From: Moniliella sp. 'wahieum'
Taxonomy: Eukaryota
DNA length: 64,000 nt
Assembly (NCBI GenBank): GCA_003971905.1
Contig: RSEE01000020.1
Location: 558,001-622,000, forward strand
Direction of reading: 5' to 3'
Part shown: positions 36,221-48,108 of the stretch, piece by piece
Numbering within the stretch: the first letter of the stretch is position 1
How the letters are laid out: the number at the start of each line of letters is the position of its first letter
Position numbers and translations under genes: made by a program
The notes under the pieces: generated by a model
The model's input: only the letters and a program-made list of their open reading frames with translations
The model's database searches: none
Told to the model about the DNA's origin: nothing

Positions 36221-38735
36221 ATGGCCGTCGCCGCCGCTGCTGCTGCCACCGCCACCTCGTCCCCCATTCCCTCCCTCGATCCTGCATCCGCAGATGCCGC
36301 TGGCACCCCCATCTCCACCGCCCTCACCCCCACAACCTCCACCAGCGATCCTGGCGCATGGCAGGGTCTCGACACCTCTGCCCTCCCTGCTCTCGCCCGC
36401 GCCAGCCTGCTGAGCCTCCTCGATGCGGCCCCTGGTGCCGCTGATGGAGATGGTGTTTCTCTTCCTCGATCCTGCCATTGCCGCTGCGCTGGGACTGCTG
36501 GTCGATGTCGCTTCTCTGCGCCAACATCGCGTCGAGCGCATGTTTTGGCTCGACGATCCGCCCCTGCCCCCGCCTACTACCCAGGAGACGGCGTGGCGCA
36601 CTCGTCTCCGGCCCCTCTCTGCTCCTACCCGCAGCATCGTCTATATCTGCCGTCCTGATCACCGATGGATGCACGTTATCGCCGGCCACATCCTTGCCGA
36701 CGTCCACGCTTCGGCCAGTGGTGCCCCAGGCCCCGCCCAGCTCAACCACAACTACACCCTTCTCTTTGCCCCCCAGCGCACCGAGATCTGCCTTACCGCT
36801 TTGGCTGGGGGTGGCCTGGCTCCCGACAGCGATCCTCGATCGGAGGATGCCTACCGCCCCTCGGTTCTGCCCTACCTCACCATCCACGATTTTGCCCTGG
36901 AGTTTGTGCCTCTGGCGCCAGACCTGTTGTCGCTGGAACTACCGCGGGCATGGCAGGAACTGTACATTGATGGACTCACATCCAGTCTTTTGCCTCAGCC
37001 CAGGCATTGATGACGCTGCAATATGCCTATGGTTTGTTCCCACGTATCATGGGCAAGGGTGACTTGGCTGAACGATTGGCGTCCATGCTGCTCACTCAAC
37101 GCGAAGAGCAACTTTCTTCCGATCCAACCTCCCCCTCGCTCACCACGTGCAGCCAGGACTTGGATGCGCTCATCATTATTGACCGTGCGGTGGACCCGGT
37201 GACGCCGCTGTGCACCCAACTCACGTACGAAGGCTTGATGGACGAACTTTTTACCATCTCTGCTTCCCATGTGGAAATCCCGGACCCGGATGCACCGACG
37301 TCGGCCCCAGCGTCCACTACGCCAGTGGTTCCATCGTCTCAGCGCCGCTGGGGGCCGTGCCCAGTCTCGTCTCGGGGCCCAGCAAAAAACATCATCTGAG
37401 CACGGCCAAGGACCCCTTGTATCACATCCTGCGCGATGCCAACTTTGCAGTGGTTGGTCCCCTGCTCCATGAAGAGGCTGTCAAGCTCAATGCCGAATAC
37501 GAAAGTCGGCGCACCTACTCTACCCAACAACTTCATGCCTTTGTCCGCCGTCTCCCCGCGCTCGAGGCGCGCAGGGCAAGCACCACCATGCACACCCATG
37601 CCGCGGGGCTCATCTTGGCTACCTCGCGGGAACCCGAGTTTGTACGAGCCCTCGAGACGGAACAGGCTCTTGTGGCGGGGGGGGGGACGATGCTGGATCC
37701 AAAGTAGAACGAGCCGTGTTGGAATCGGCACTGGCGACTATTTCCGACATGATTGATGCTCGAGAAAGTTTGGTTCGGGTGGTCCGGTTGCTATGCTTGG
37801 CCAGCCTCACCACCTCGGGCTTGCCATCCGCTCAGTTTGATACGTTCCGTGCGGACATTTGCCAAGTATATGGGTATGAGGCGCTTCCTCTTTTGCTGCG
37901 CCTCGAACGGGCTGGCTTGCTACGTCGTGCGGCGGGAGGGTACAGTCCCAAAGCTGGCTTTGCCGCCAACCTGGGCTTGGGGCTGGGCGCTTTGAGCCTC
38001 GGTCTGGCCAGTCGCAAGCCTGTTGCCCATGCTCCATCGGCCAAGGTGGGCGACGAGCCCGACTTGCCCGCGTGCCCCTTTGCCCTGGCACGAAGACCGT
38101 TCAAGTTGATCAACGAGGAGGTGGACGAGTCGGATCCCAAAGACATTGCCTATGTCCATTCGGGCTATGCGCCTCTTTCTGTCCGTCTCGTCCAGGCTGC
38201 CGGGATGAAACAGGCCTTCCTCTCCCGCCCGACACAACGGTACCCGCACAAGGCCCATCGGTACATTGGATGGCAAGGCTTCGAAGATATCCTCCACGCT
38301 CTCCCCGGTAGCGTGGTCGACTTGGTTCAACCTGCCACCCCACCATCACTCAGCTTGGACACCGACTCGGTCCCGGACGGGCCGATCGAGGGCCCGATGG
38401 CTCAACCTGCGACTGCAGCCACGCCACCGCCTCCTCTCCCAGGCGGGTCGAGCGAAGGAGCGCAGCACGTGCGTACCACCGTCGTCTTTTTTGTGGGTGG
38501 CGTGACCTACGCCGAGGTGGCGGCGCTGCGGTTCATGTCGCGTCACTTGACCGACCGCAAATTCCTCATCGCCACCACCAATATACTTCTGGCCCACGCA
38601 TCGTCCACAGCGCCGACGCGCTCGGCGCTGCTGCCCGCCTCACTTGGCTGCTTCAGCGACACCGTAATGCTATGGTTGTGTTTCCTTCTTGGTGATGGTG
38701 GTGGTATTGGGGGGGGGGGGGGGGGGGTTGGATGA
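36221..38735 (+). CDS. VPS33: Vps33 (Sec1/Munc18 family, HOPS/CORVET)
   Basis: LFLDPAIAAALGLL..VERMFWL, IVYICRP, FVPLAPDLLSLE, YGLFPRIMGKGD, IIIDRAVDPVTPLCTQLTYEGLMDE, LRDANFAVVG, DIAYVHSGYAPLSVRLVQ, VFFVGGVTYAEVAALRF. Stop approximate. Confidence 0.93.
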
Positions 38736-39383
38736 AAATCAATTATCGTCCTCAACTGTACCCTCATATCTCGCTGCGCTCGACAAGGGCCCAATCAGGG
38801 CCAATCTACAAGGAAGCTAACACAGTTGGTCGCAACGTCTTGTTGTAGTTGGTACTTCGTTTCGTTTGGGGGGGCGGTCAGAAGGGTCGACGGTAGCCTG
38901 GGCCCCGCCAGTTTGGTTTTCAACAGCGCAGGAGGCGCTAACCAAGTGGACGCCATGCTATCACGACAACACGTTTGGCCGCTGGAAAGAGAGCAGAAAC
39001 ATGGACTTTCCATGCGTGTGCCGTGCATCCATTCTCGCTGGGGTCGATGCGGGACTGCCTAGCGGGCGGCAGAGGCGCCTGTGTCCGGCTGGCGAGGCCG
39101 CTGGCCTCCCAAGGTAGGGGCGCGGGGGCGCGGGATGGTGTGGCTGCGTGAGGGGGCAAGCGAGATGGATTTGAAATCGTCGCGCCCATGGCCCAGCCTG
39201 CCGCGGCCCAACCGCTCGGCCGCAACCAGGAGCTGTGCAGCGCAGCCCCCATCCACGACCCCAGCCGCCATTTCAAAAGTGCAAACGCCAACGCGGTTGT
39301 TGGCGGCTGCCGCTGACCTAAGGCCTACCTAAGGCCCAACCCACCATCCTGCCCTGCTCCACCACCACCACCCCCACCACAGG

Positions 39384-41556
39384 ATGCCCAAGGACCTGCG
39401 CATCGTCCTTGCGGGCGATGCATCGGTGGGCAAGTCGACACTCATCACGTCTCTGGTCAAAGGCACCTATGTCCCTCATGTGGCCTCTGTGTTGCCTCCC
39501 GTCGCCTTGCCCGCCGAAGCGTCGCCAGCCGAGGTGACGACCACCATTGGGGACACCTCTTCCTCGCCCGAGGCGCGGGCGCAGCTCGAGGCTGAGCTCA
39601 GGAGGGCGCATGTCATTTGCCTTGTGTATGCGGTGGACATGCCTTCTTCCTTTGAGCGGTTGGGTACCTTTTGGCTCCCCTACCTCCGCTCTATTGGCGT
39701 CAACGTCCCCGTTGTCCTGGTCGGCAACAAGATTGATCTTCGGGTGGCCGATGCGCCCGAGGATGCGTTGGAGCATGACCTGGCGCCGCTCATGCTCGAC
39801 TTTAAGGAGATCGAGTCGTGTGTGGAGTGTAGTGCCAAGCTGCTGCTCAATGTGAGCGAAGTGTTTTATTTTGCGCACAAGGCTGTCCTGTACCCTACCG
39901 CTCCGCTGTACGACAATCGCCACCACACGCTCAAGCCCGCTGCCACCTCGGCCCTGAAACGGATCTTTCAGCTTTGCGATTTGGACAAGGACGGCTTGTT
40001 GAACGATTCGGAGCTCAACCTGTTCCAACAGAGGTGCTTTGGTGCGCCGCTTCAACCCCAAGAGCTGGCAGGGATCAAGGAGGCCATCACACATGGCGCC
40101 CGTGCCATGGGCTGGAGCGAAGAGGAAGAACCCCCGACCGGATCTGCGTCGGGTTCCGACACCAACCCTCATGTGCAACGGGAAGGGATGACTCTCCCGG
40201 GCTTTCTGTACCTGAGCACCCTCTTCATCCGGCGTGGCCGCTTGGAGACGACCTGGACGATTTTGCGTGCGTTTGGGTACGGCTCGGACCTGGAGTTGGA
40301 GGAAGGGTTTGTGTCTCCCCCCTTTGAGGTGGACCCGACCACGAGTGTGGAACTCAGTCCCAATGGGTACCAATTCCTCACCGATATCTTTGAGGCGCAC
40401 GATGCCGATCGCGATGGTGCCTTGTCTGACACGGAGCTCGCCGCTCTCTTTGCCACTGCACCGGGTGGCCGGCATCCTTGGCACGGGACGGGCTTCCCCC
40501 AAGAAACCACCACCACCAACGATCTGGGTGCGGTCACGCTCCAGGGCTGGCTGGCCCAGTGGAGCATGACCACCCTTCTGGACCACAAGGTCACGCTGGC
40601 CTACATGGCCTACTTGGGTTACCCCTCTTACACTGCCCTCACTGGCAAAGGAGATACGTCTACTATGGATGCATCTCCTTGGGACGGTGGGGGCAGCTCG
40701 GCGTTCGCTGGCGAAGCCGAATGGCCCGATACGAGGAGTGCGCTACAGGTAACCAACCCTCGGCGGGCGGACCGGAAAAAGAAAGGGAGGGTACAGCGCA
40801 ACGTGTTTCTTGCTTACTTGGTGGGCGGACCTGGAAGCGGGAAGACAACGTTGCTCCGTGCGTTGCTCGGAAAGAAATTCAGCAACGCGCTCCCCTCGCA
40901 CCGACCCACGTCGGCCGTCAGCGCGGTGGAATACAAGGGCGCAGAAAAGTACCTCGTCCTCCACGAGGTGGGAGGGGGGGAACAGGAGGCACTCAAGACC
41001 TACCGCGCTTAGCAGCCGCCGACGTCATCGTGTTGTGTACGACAGCTCCGACACCACCTCTTTCTCCCACGTGGCCAACGTGCGACAACGGCTCGGCTCC
41101 TCCTCTTCCTACACGGGCACTGGGTACCTCTTCACCCACATCCCGTGCCTCGTTGTTGCCACCAAGGCCGATCTGGACTTGGCTGTGCAACGACACGCAG
41201 TCCAGCCCGACGTGTACTGCCGCACCAAGCTGGCACTCAATATCCCAGGTCTCGGCGCCGGGCCACTTCATGTGTCTGCGAAAGAAGACCAGCTTGCGGA
41301 CCTGTTTGGGCGGATCGTATCGATTGCAGTGGATGCTCGAGGAGCCATTGCCGGTGGCCCCCGCGCCGAGTCGGCACTAACGGGTCTGACGCGGAGGCGA
41401 TGGTGGATTTACGTCTTAACCGTCTTGGGTAGCTCGGGGGGACTACTCTTCCTCGCAAAGAGGATGGGCCTCTTTTCCCTTGACCGCCCCACACGCCCCG
41501 CGCAATCTTGGCTGCCCTTTAGCTTTGGTGCGGCGGGGGGTAGGACGGATCTTTAG
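39384..41556 (+). CDS. GEM1: Mitochondrial Rho GTPase Gem1/Miro
   Basis: N-terminal GTPase (GDASVGKST, GNKIDL, ECSAK), EF hands (DLDKDGLLNDSE, DADRDGALSDTE), second P-loop GGPGSGKT, TKADL, C-terminal TM. Intronless; frameshift near 41000-41035. Confidence 0.96.
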
Positions 41557-43529
41557 AGAAGGCGAAGGGGGGGTCGTTGGGAACACTACTCGTTACCGCA
41601 TTGCACACTTTGTTCTTCGACAGCGTAGTCGTAGGTATCAAGCTGATACTTTTTTGTACCTATCAACTTGGTCCTTGTGAGTCACGGACCTCGCCTCCGT
41701 CTACCTGCCTGAGCTTAGCCTGTTTTCAGAGGACCGTTGTCGGGACAACTACTAACCCCTCGACTGTAGCGACAGGTTGGCTGCGCGTGACCAGCACCGA
41801 GTCTTGCACTTCCCTGCATCCCCTCTGCACAAGCCGCGAAGACAAGACAACACTACATCAGACAACGTCACAGCCTGTGCGTATGGGAGGCTACGCGTGC
41901 TGCCTTTCCATTCGCGAAGTAGTCTGTGGATGATCATAGGATGGATGGGGGTGGGCAGTTCCTCCTCCTGTGACCCTGAGGAAGATAGAAGGGCGCAGCT
42001 CGCGCAGCTCTAGTTGAAGTTGGAATAAAGACAGGCCAAAGTGACACCCGGTCACGTGCTTGGCGATACCAAGCCATGCTTAAAGGTTGGACTTGCCGCA
42101 GTAGAGTAGACGCTGGACACTGCCCAGGTGCTGGGGTGAAAACGCAGTGACCAGCACCACCTGGATACGCATATGAGCTGGGATCCTACAGGCCCCCAGC
42201 CCATCGACCACCACCAGCCCTCCACCCTCTGTCCCAGCCAATCTGCACTCCACCCGGTGCATCTCGGGTGCAACCACTCACCATGCCGCCCTATTTCTCT
42301 CGCCTGATCGTGCCGTGATGCCTTCGTGGTGGTAGAGGACAACGTGCGACCATGGACAACTCCGGGTACAGAGTGGCCAGCCGTGTCCCGCCTCGTCTTT
42401 CTGGGAAACACCTGCCTCCTACCGCATTGACCTCATCTACTCTGCATCTTGCTTTCCAAACTGAACCCCTTGCTTGTCACGCGACCTCTGCGTTCCATCC
42501 GTTGTCTCCTTCACTCTATCCCCTTGGCCGACAGGGCAGGCTGGTAGTGAGCCCAGTATGTCCCATTTCCGTACTTGCTTCCCGCTTGCCCATCTGACCT
42601 GGTTCTCTTTGTCAAGAATGCTGGTTGCTCTTGGGCACTCGATCAACCCCAAGGCCATTTCCTGTTTTGCTAGTCCAACCTTGCAGTGACGTCTACCCGC
42701 CCGACATGCCTCCCCACCCAACTGTTCTCCCCAGCCCGGGATACGCGGAAGGTTCGCGATAGGTACGTCTATTCTTGCTGTCCACCAGTTGGGATGCTGA
42801 CTCTCTTGTCTGCTTGCCACAACGGTCCATCGAGTGCTCCTACGCGCTTAGTGCTTCCATCCATGGCACACATGGCAGTAGTGTCGGTGGGGGCACGCGC
42901 TGAGCCGGCGGGCAGGGAAGGGCAGTGATGGGTGGGAGCGGCTACTGCGCTAAAGCCGGTCGTCTGGGGGAGGGAGGTGTACTGGGTGGCATGGCATGGG
43001 AGGGGAGGGGAGGAGGGAGCCGAGCTAAAGCCACTGAAGCGCATTCAGCGCTTTTGGCTTAAGCACTTGGCCGCTGGGGTTGACTCTACTTGGACTGGAC
43101 GTGGGGTAAGCCAGGGTAATCAGCGGCCGACAAAACCAAAAGCCGCCCGGGGGCGGAACTGCTGACATAAGCCCAGGAGGTTGGCTGGGGCTGCGCCTGG
43201 GGCGAAAGTGATGAGGCAGACTGGCGCCGCGCGGCAGAGGTGATGGTGCGGTGGCCGACACTGGGCTGGCGCGTGCGGGCGCGGCGGGCGACGAGCTGAG
43301 GGCGCGGCGGGAGGGCGTGTGTTTTTTTCTTCTTTTTTTCAGGGGGAGGCCGACGCGGGTGGTTGCCGCTTTCCCGCGCATCCACCCACCCCACCCCCGT
43401 CTCCGGTCGTCTGGTCCGTTTGCCCGCTCCCGTCCGCGCTCCTCGGCCCCCGCCCCCCCCGCCACGCCACGCCGTCTGGGCAAGTGAGTTGCGCCTGCAC
43501 TGGCCTATGCGCATGCCCCTGCCCAGGCC

Positions 43530-46500
43530 ATGGCCATCCGCTCCCGCTTCAAGAAGCTCACCAACAAGGACAAGCGTACGTCTGCCCTCCCTGTCAGCTT
43601 CTCGTGCTTCTCGCCTCGGCTTGGCTTCTCGCGTGGCCGCGCTCCCAGCCGCCCAGCGCAGCTGGCAAGAAACCTTCTTGCCAAACCTTCCTCCCTGCCA
43701 CGTCCCACTGCCCTGTGCCTCACCCACGCCCCTGCCACCGCGCCCTCCTCTGCCATCACCGGTCATCACCCGTACATCACCCGTTGCACGTCATGCATTG
43801 CCCATCATGCATCATGCATCACCCGCCTAACCCTGCGCTCGCCCTTCTACTGCTAACAAGGCCGCAAGGCCCTTTTATATGAGCCCTTGGAAGGGGTATG
43901 ATGCGCATTGGAGACGGGCTGCTCGGCTGCGTGGTGCGGGCGACGGACCGTGGGATGGGAGAGCTGCGAGAGAAGCTGCAAGCGGAACCGAGTGTCTCTC
44001 GCCGGTATACTGACCTGAGTTTTGTTGCCAGTCCTTGTTCACCGTGGCTCGCTCGATGCCGGCGCCAACGACGCGATCATCAATGGCCTTGGAACGGAGA
44101 CGGAGGTGTCCGAGCAGCACGCCAATGAGCACATTGTTGACAAGGACTTGGGCGTAGATCGGGCCGAGATCCAAGTACGTGTGCTTCTGCTGCTGTGCTT
44201 CGTGAGACTGACGACGCTTCCATCTGGTAGGAACATCATCTGCAAGCTGCGCTGTCCTCCACAAACGAGGGCAAGCCCAAGGCGTACCACATTCCCACCC
44301 CTGAAACCAAAAATGTCCTGTCGGACCACCAGATGGGCAAGCTCTACCGCAAGGGTGCGTTCCATGATCCCCATGGGTACATCAAGTCCAGCGCGACGGT
44401 CGAGGAGTCACTTGCCGGGCCTTCCTACTGCCTTGACGAGGACGATAACGACTGGCTTACCAAGTTCAAAGCGCAGGCTGGACAGCAGGGCAAGCCTTCC
44501 ATCTGCCCGACAGTTTTTGAGATGGTCATGTCGGTGTTCGAGCAATACGTGGCAGAGAAGCAACCTTTTATCCACCTTGATCCCTCCCAGCTGCCTTCGC
44601 TTGAAGATGTACTGTCTTATTTTGATCCAGGCGCACCCCCCTCGCTCTGGCTGAGCCAGTGCTCCACCCTTACTAGGCGAGAATCCACCGCCCCCTAAGT
44701 GGGAGGTGGCGAACCCCTACCGTCACCTCGAGCTGCTGAAGCCTATTGCCCGAGAAAATCCCTGGTGGCGGCTACGACGAGAAGACCGAGCAGGCAAACC
44801 AATTTGCCCCCAATTGAACTTTGACGAGACGAACGATACGGATCCCTACCTCTGTTTCCGGCGAAGAGAAGTAAAGTTGTTGCGCAAGACGCGCAAGGGA
44901 TGCGCTGCAGATCGAGCGCCTTGTACGCTTATCCAACGAACTGGCCATGGCTTCCCACTTGACCGAGAAGGTGGCCCAGCGGGAACAGCTCAAACTGGCC
45001 ATGGCCCAGGAAGGAGTGGCACGTTGGACTGCCGCCTCTTCCTTGTTGAGCGTCAAGCGACAATGGCGGATCATCGGGCCGCAGAAAGAAGGAGTGGAGG
45101 ACGACGAATTGCTGTTTGGTGTGCGCGAGGAGACGCCAAGAAGCGCAAGACGGAGGAGCCTGCACCGAGCTTGGGGATCTGCGCCGACCCAAACCACCAG
45201 AAGAAGAGCGTGCGCCGCCGCCTGGCTTTAGCCAGGTCATCACCACGGGTCGAAGCCGTGCAAGAATTTATCGACGGGAATGCAGCAGGAAGCGCGCACG
45301 CGATCATCTGTTTGAGGACATGACCGACTCGGGACTTACCCTCCTTCTGTGCCATTGTCCAAACGCACTTCCCCAAGTTGAGGGTCCAAGAACCGGAGGG
45401 CTCCGAGCTTCCGGCGTCGTGTTGGACGTGGCGGAAGGATCGTGCTCGATCGCAGCTACCCGCACCCACACTGTACCTTCCAGCTTAGAGGACTGGCCCA
45501 GCGTGCGCAGTTTGTCTGAGGTGGGCAAGTGGAGGCAGCGTTGAACCAAGGAAGCGATGAAGGTCCGATCCTCACCGGTCCATTTGCCTTTGCGCAGGAC
45601 GTGGTGCCCGTTCAGCTGAACAGTGGGCCCGATCCTCCTTCTTCTCCGTCCTAAGCCAACCAACAGGACGAGGTCGGGCCTCACGAGCGTCCACCTCGTC
45701 CTGCTCTTCCCTCGCTTCCACCGCTTCCACCGCGACAACGACCACGTTGGCGGAGGACGAGCCCATGCCGCTTCTCAAGTCTTCCCTTCCCGAAGAGAGG
45801 AGGAAGAAGAGGAAGAGGATGAGGATGAGGCAGAAGAGAGCGCTTTCGAGGCGGCATTGGCTTGCACGCGTCAACTCGAACGCTGGCGGTATGACGAGGA
45901 TGAAGGTCGCTGGGCCGGATTGGGATTGGCGTTTTCGGGTGGGATGGAAGGGGACGAGGATTGTGTGATTGACGACTTTGATCGCCGCTTCCTCCGGTAC
46001 CGTGCCCATCTGATTGACGGCGAGGATTGCAAGAAACTACAGACCGACCCGTCGTACCTAAGTCTGGCCATGGCCGCCGTTGCGCCCCTCCCACCGCCCG
46101 CTCGAGGGAGGGGACCCACGCCAGCTACGGCTGCAACGCCAGCTGCTGAGAAAGGACGCAAGGCCGACCCTCCCCTTTCCGACACGACCAAAGGCAAGCC
46201 ACCCAGTTTTTCGCCCCCATCTGCGCCACAACCACCTCTCCTACCGACTGCCCCTCAACCTGCCCAACCGCCCGCTTCGAAACCCAAACCCAAACCCAAA
46301 AAGCGCGACTCACCCGAACTGAGCACCCAAGCTGCCCCGGCGGCCGCACGGCCAGCGCCTCCCCCTCCGGCACAGGGCATTCAACGTACGCCCAGTGGGG
46401 CAGGCCAGAACTTGTATGCCAACTTGGGCTTCAACCTTGCTTCGTCCCGCTCCCCCGTTGCTGCCTCGGCTCCTGCCCAGCCTATGCTCCTCCGCAGAGG

Positions 46501-47353
46501 GCGGGCATGCCAGGCCCAGCTTCCAATGGGATCCAAGGAGTCAGCCCTGGTTCGCCTGTGCCCAATGGAGGTGCTAACGGGGTGTCGAATGGGATGTCGC
46601 CGAATGGGGCGCCTTCGAATGGGGCGCCGTCGAATGGGGTGTCGAATGGCTTGCCTCCTGTCCTCAACGGCGGGGCCAATGGAGGAACCAATGCGCAGCA
46701 ACTGCACAATGCGCAAGTGCAAGCGCTGCTGGCCAATCCCCAGTTGGCCGCCAGCTTCGGCCGCGATCCAGCCATGCAAGCCAAGCTCTTGGCGTTGGCC
46801 ACCAACCGGCCTAGCACGCCATCGGGCTCCAGTAACACGTCCTCTCCTTCGCCTGCCCCCTACGAACGGGACGCCGAACGGTACGCCGGCTGGGGCTGGG
46901 GTGCAGTCTTCCGCCACAGGACTCCCACTCACCTCCTCGCCCTTGATGCAGATGCAAATGCAAATGCAGTTGCTCAAGGGGTCGACAGCGCCGTCGGTAC
47001 CAGGCCCGAACCAAGGCACAGCCGCCAACCCTTTCCTGAACCTCAATCTGCCCAATTTACCCAACTTGCCCACGCTGCCCAACCTGCCTACGGCGCCTAC
47101 CATGGGTGCGATGGGCACCTTGCCCACCCTGCCCAATTTGGGGGGTAGCGCAGTGGGTGGTTTCCCCCTCTCCAACCCCCTCTTGGCCGGCTCGCTCCCA
47201 CGGCAGAACCTGCAGCAGAACATGCAGCAGGCTCTGCTTATGCTCCAACGACCGGGCAACGCGCCTCAATCCCAATGGCATCAATTGCAAATGCAGCAGC
47301 TGTTGCAGCTCCAGCTGGCGCAGCAGGGCAATTTGGGCTCGTTTGGCAATTGA
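43530..47353 (+). CDS. EPL1: Enhancer of polycomb-like protein (NuA4 subunit)
   Basis: RFKKLTNKDK|LLVHRG, GVDRAEIQ|EHHLQAAL, YCLDEDDNDWL, FEMVMSVFE, WWRLRRE..PQLNFDE..DPYLCFRRREVK..RKTR, ERWRYDED, DDFD..FLRYR, Q/P-rich tail. Introns 43576-44031 and 44175-44230. Confidence 0.92.
43869..43895 (+). other. Candidate 27-nt cassette exon with in-frame TGA inside EPL1 intron 1
   Basis: Branch point TGCTAAC at 43851-43857, acceptor AG at 43867-43868, donor GTATGA at 43896. Inclusion reads R-P-F-I-stop. Confidence 0.55.
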
Positions 47354-48108
47354 CGAAGTGACCCAGGAAAAAAAGGTGTCGCTTCTCTTACTCTTTCTCT
47401 TCTCTGCCTCTTCTCTTTTCTCTTCCCTTCCGTCTCGTTTCTTCTCTTCTTCCACCCCCCTCCCCTTCTCCAGGCACGCTTGCTCCCCTCTCCGTTCCAC
47501 GGACCGAGGGTTTCACCACTATCCCATGTACAGATCTCTATTTACTCGTTCGGGGGCCGTAAGGTTCAACGTATGCGATGAGTGGGATGGAGCGGCATAG
47601 AGCTGGGTCTTTAAGAACGAGCCAGGGCGCAACAATTACTGACGCGGGGGACGCAACCTGTTGGAGCGGCACGACAGCTGTGGTGAATGTTGGATGGTTG
47701 CCTCTGTCCACACCGGCGAGGAGGACAGTGACTAGTCACTGGTTCCTTCCCGAAGAATAAGAATCCTTTACGAACCAGTGTCTAAGCCACCAGAACCATC
47801 CTCGCCTCCACCATCCCCTGCGTCCCTGTGGCTATTACGCCCCCCTTCTGCATGCCTGCCGAACCCAGTGATCCGCCCTAGAGAAGGGTCCATCCCGTGC
47901 GCGTGGCAACCAACGATCGCAGAAGACATCGCGCCTACGCAGCGCCAGCGCTACCGGCGGCACGAGCCAATTGCCTGTAATCACACCATAGAAAGGAGAG
48001 AAGGCCATACAAATTGAAACGAAGGTATAGCGTCCACGCATCCCGCCCCCCGCCAATAAGTAGAGAGACCAGTACCGGTTCAATCCAGCCGGCGGAGAAG
48101 AAGGCAGC

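Noticed and set aside
39318..40586. 422-aa minus-strand ORF (and the similar 59985-61367 and 46381-47259 ORFs)
   Set aside because: Antisense shadows of well-supported genes, caused by codon bias.
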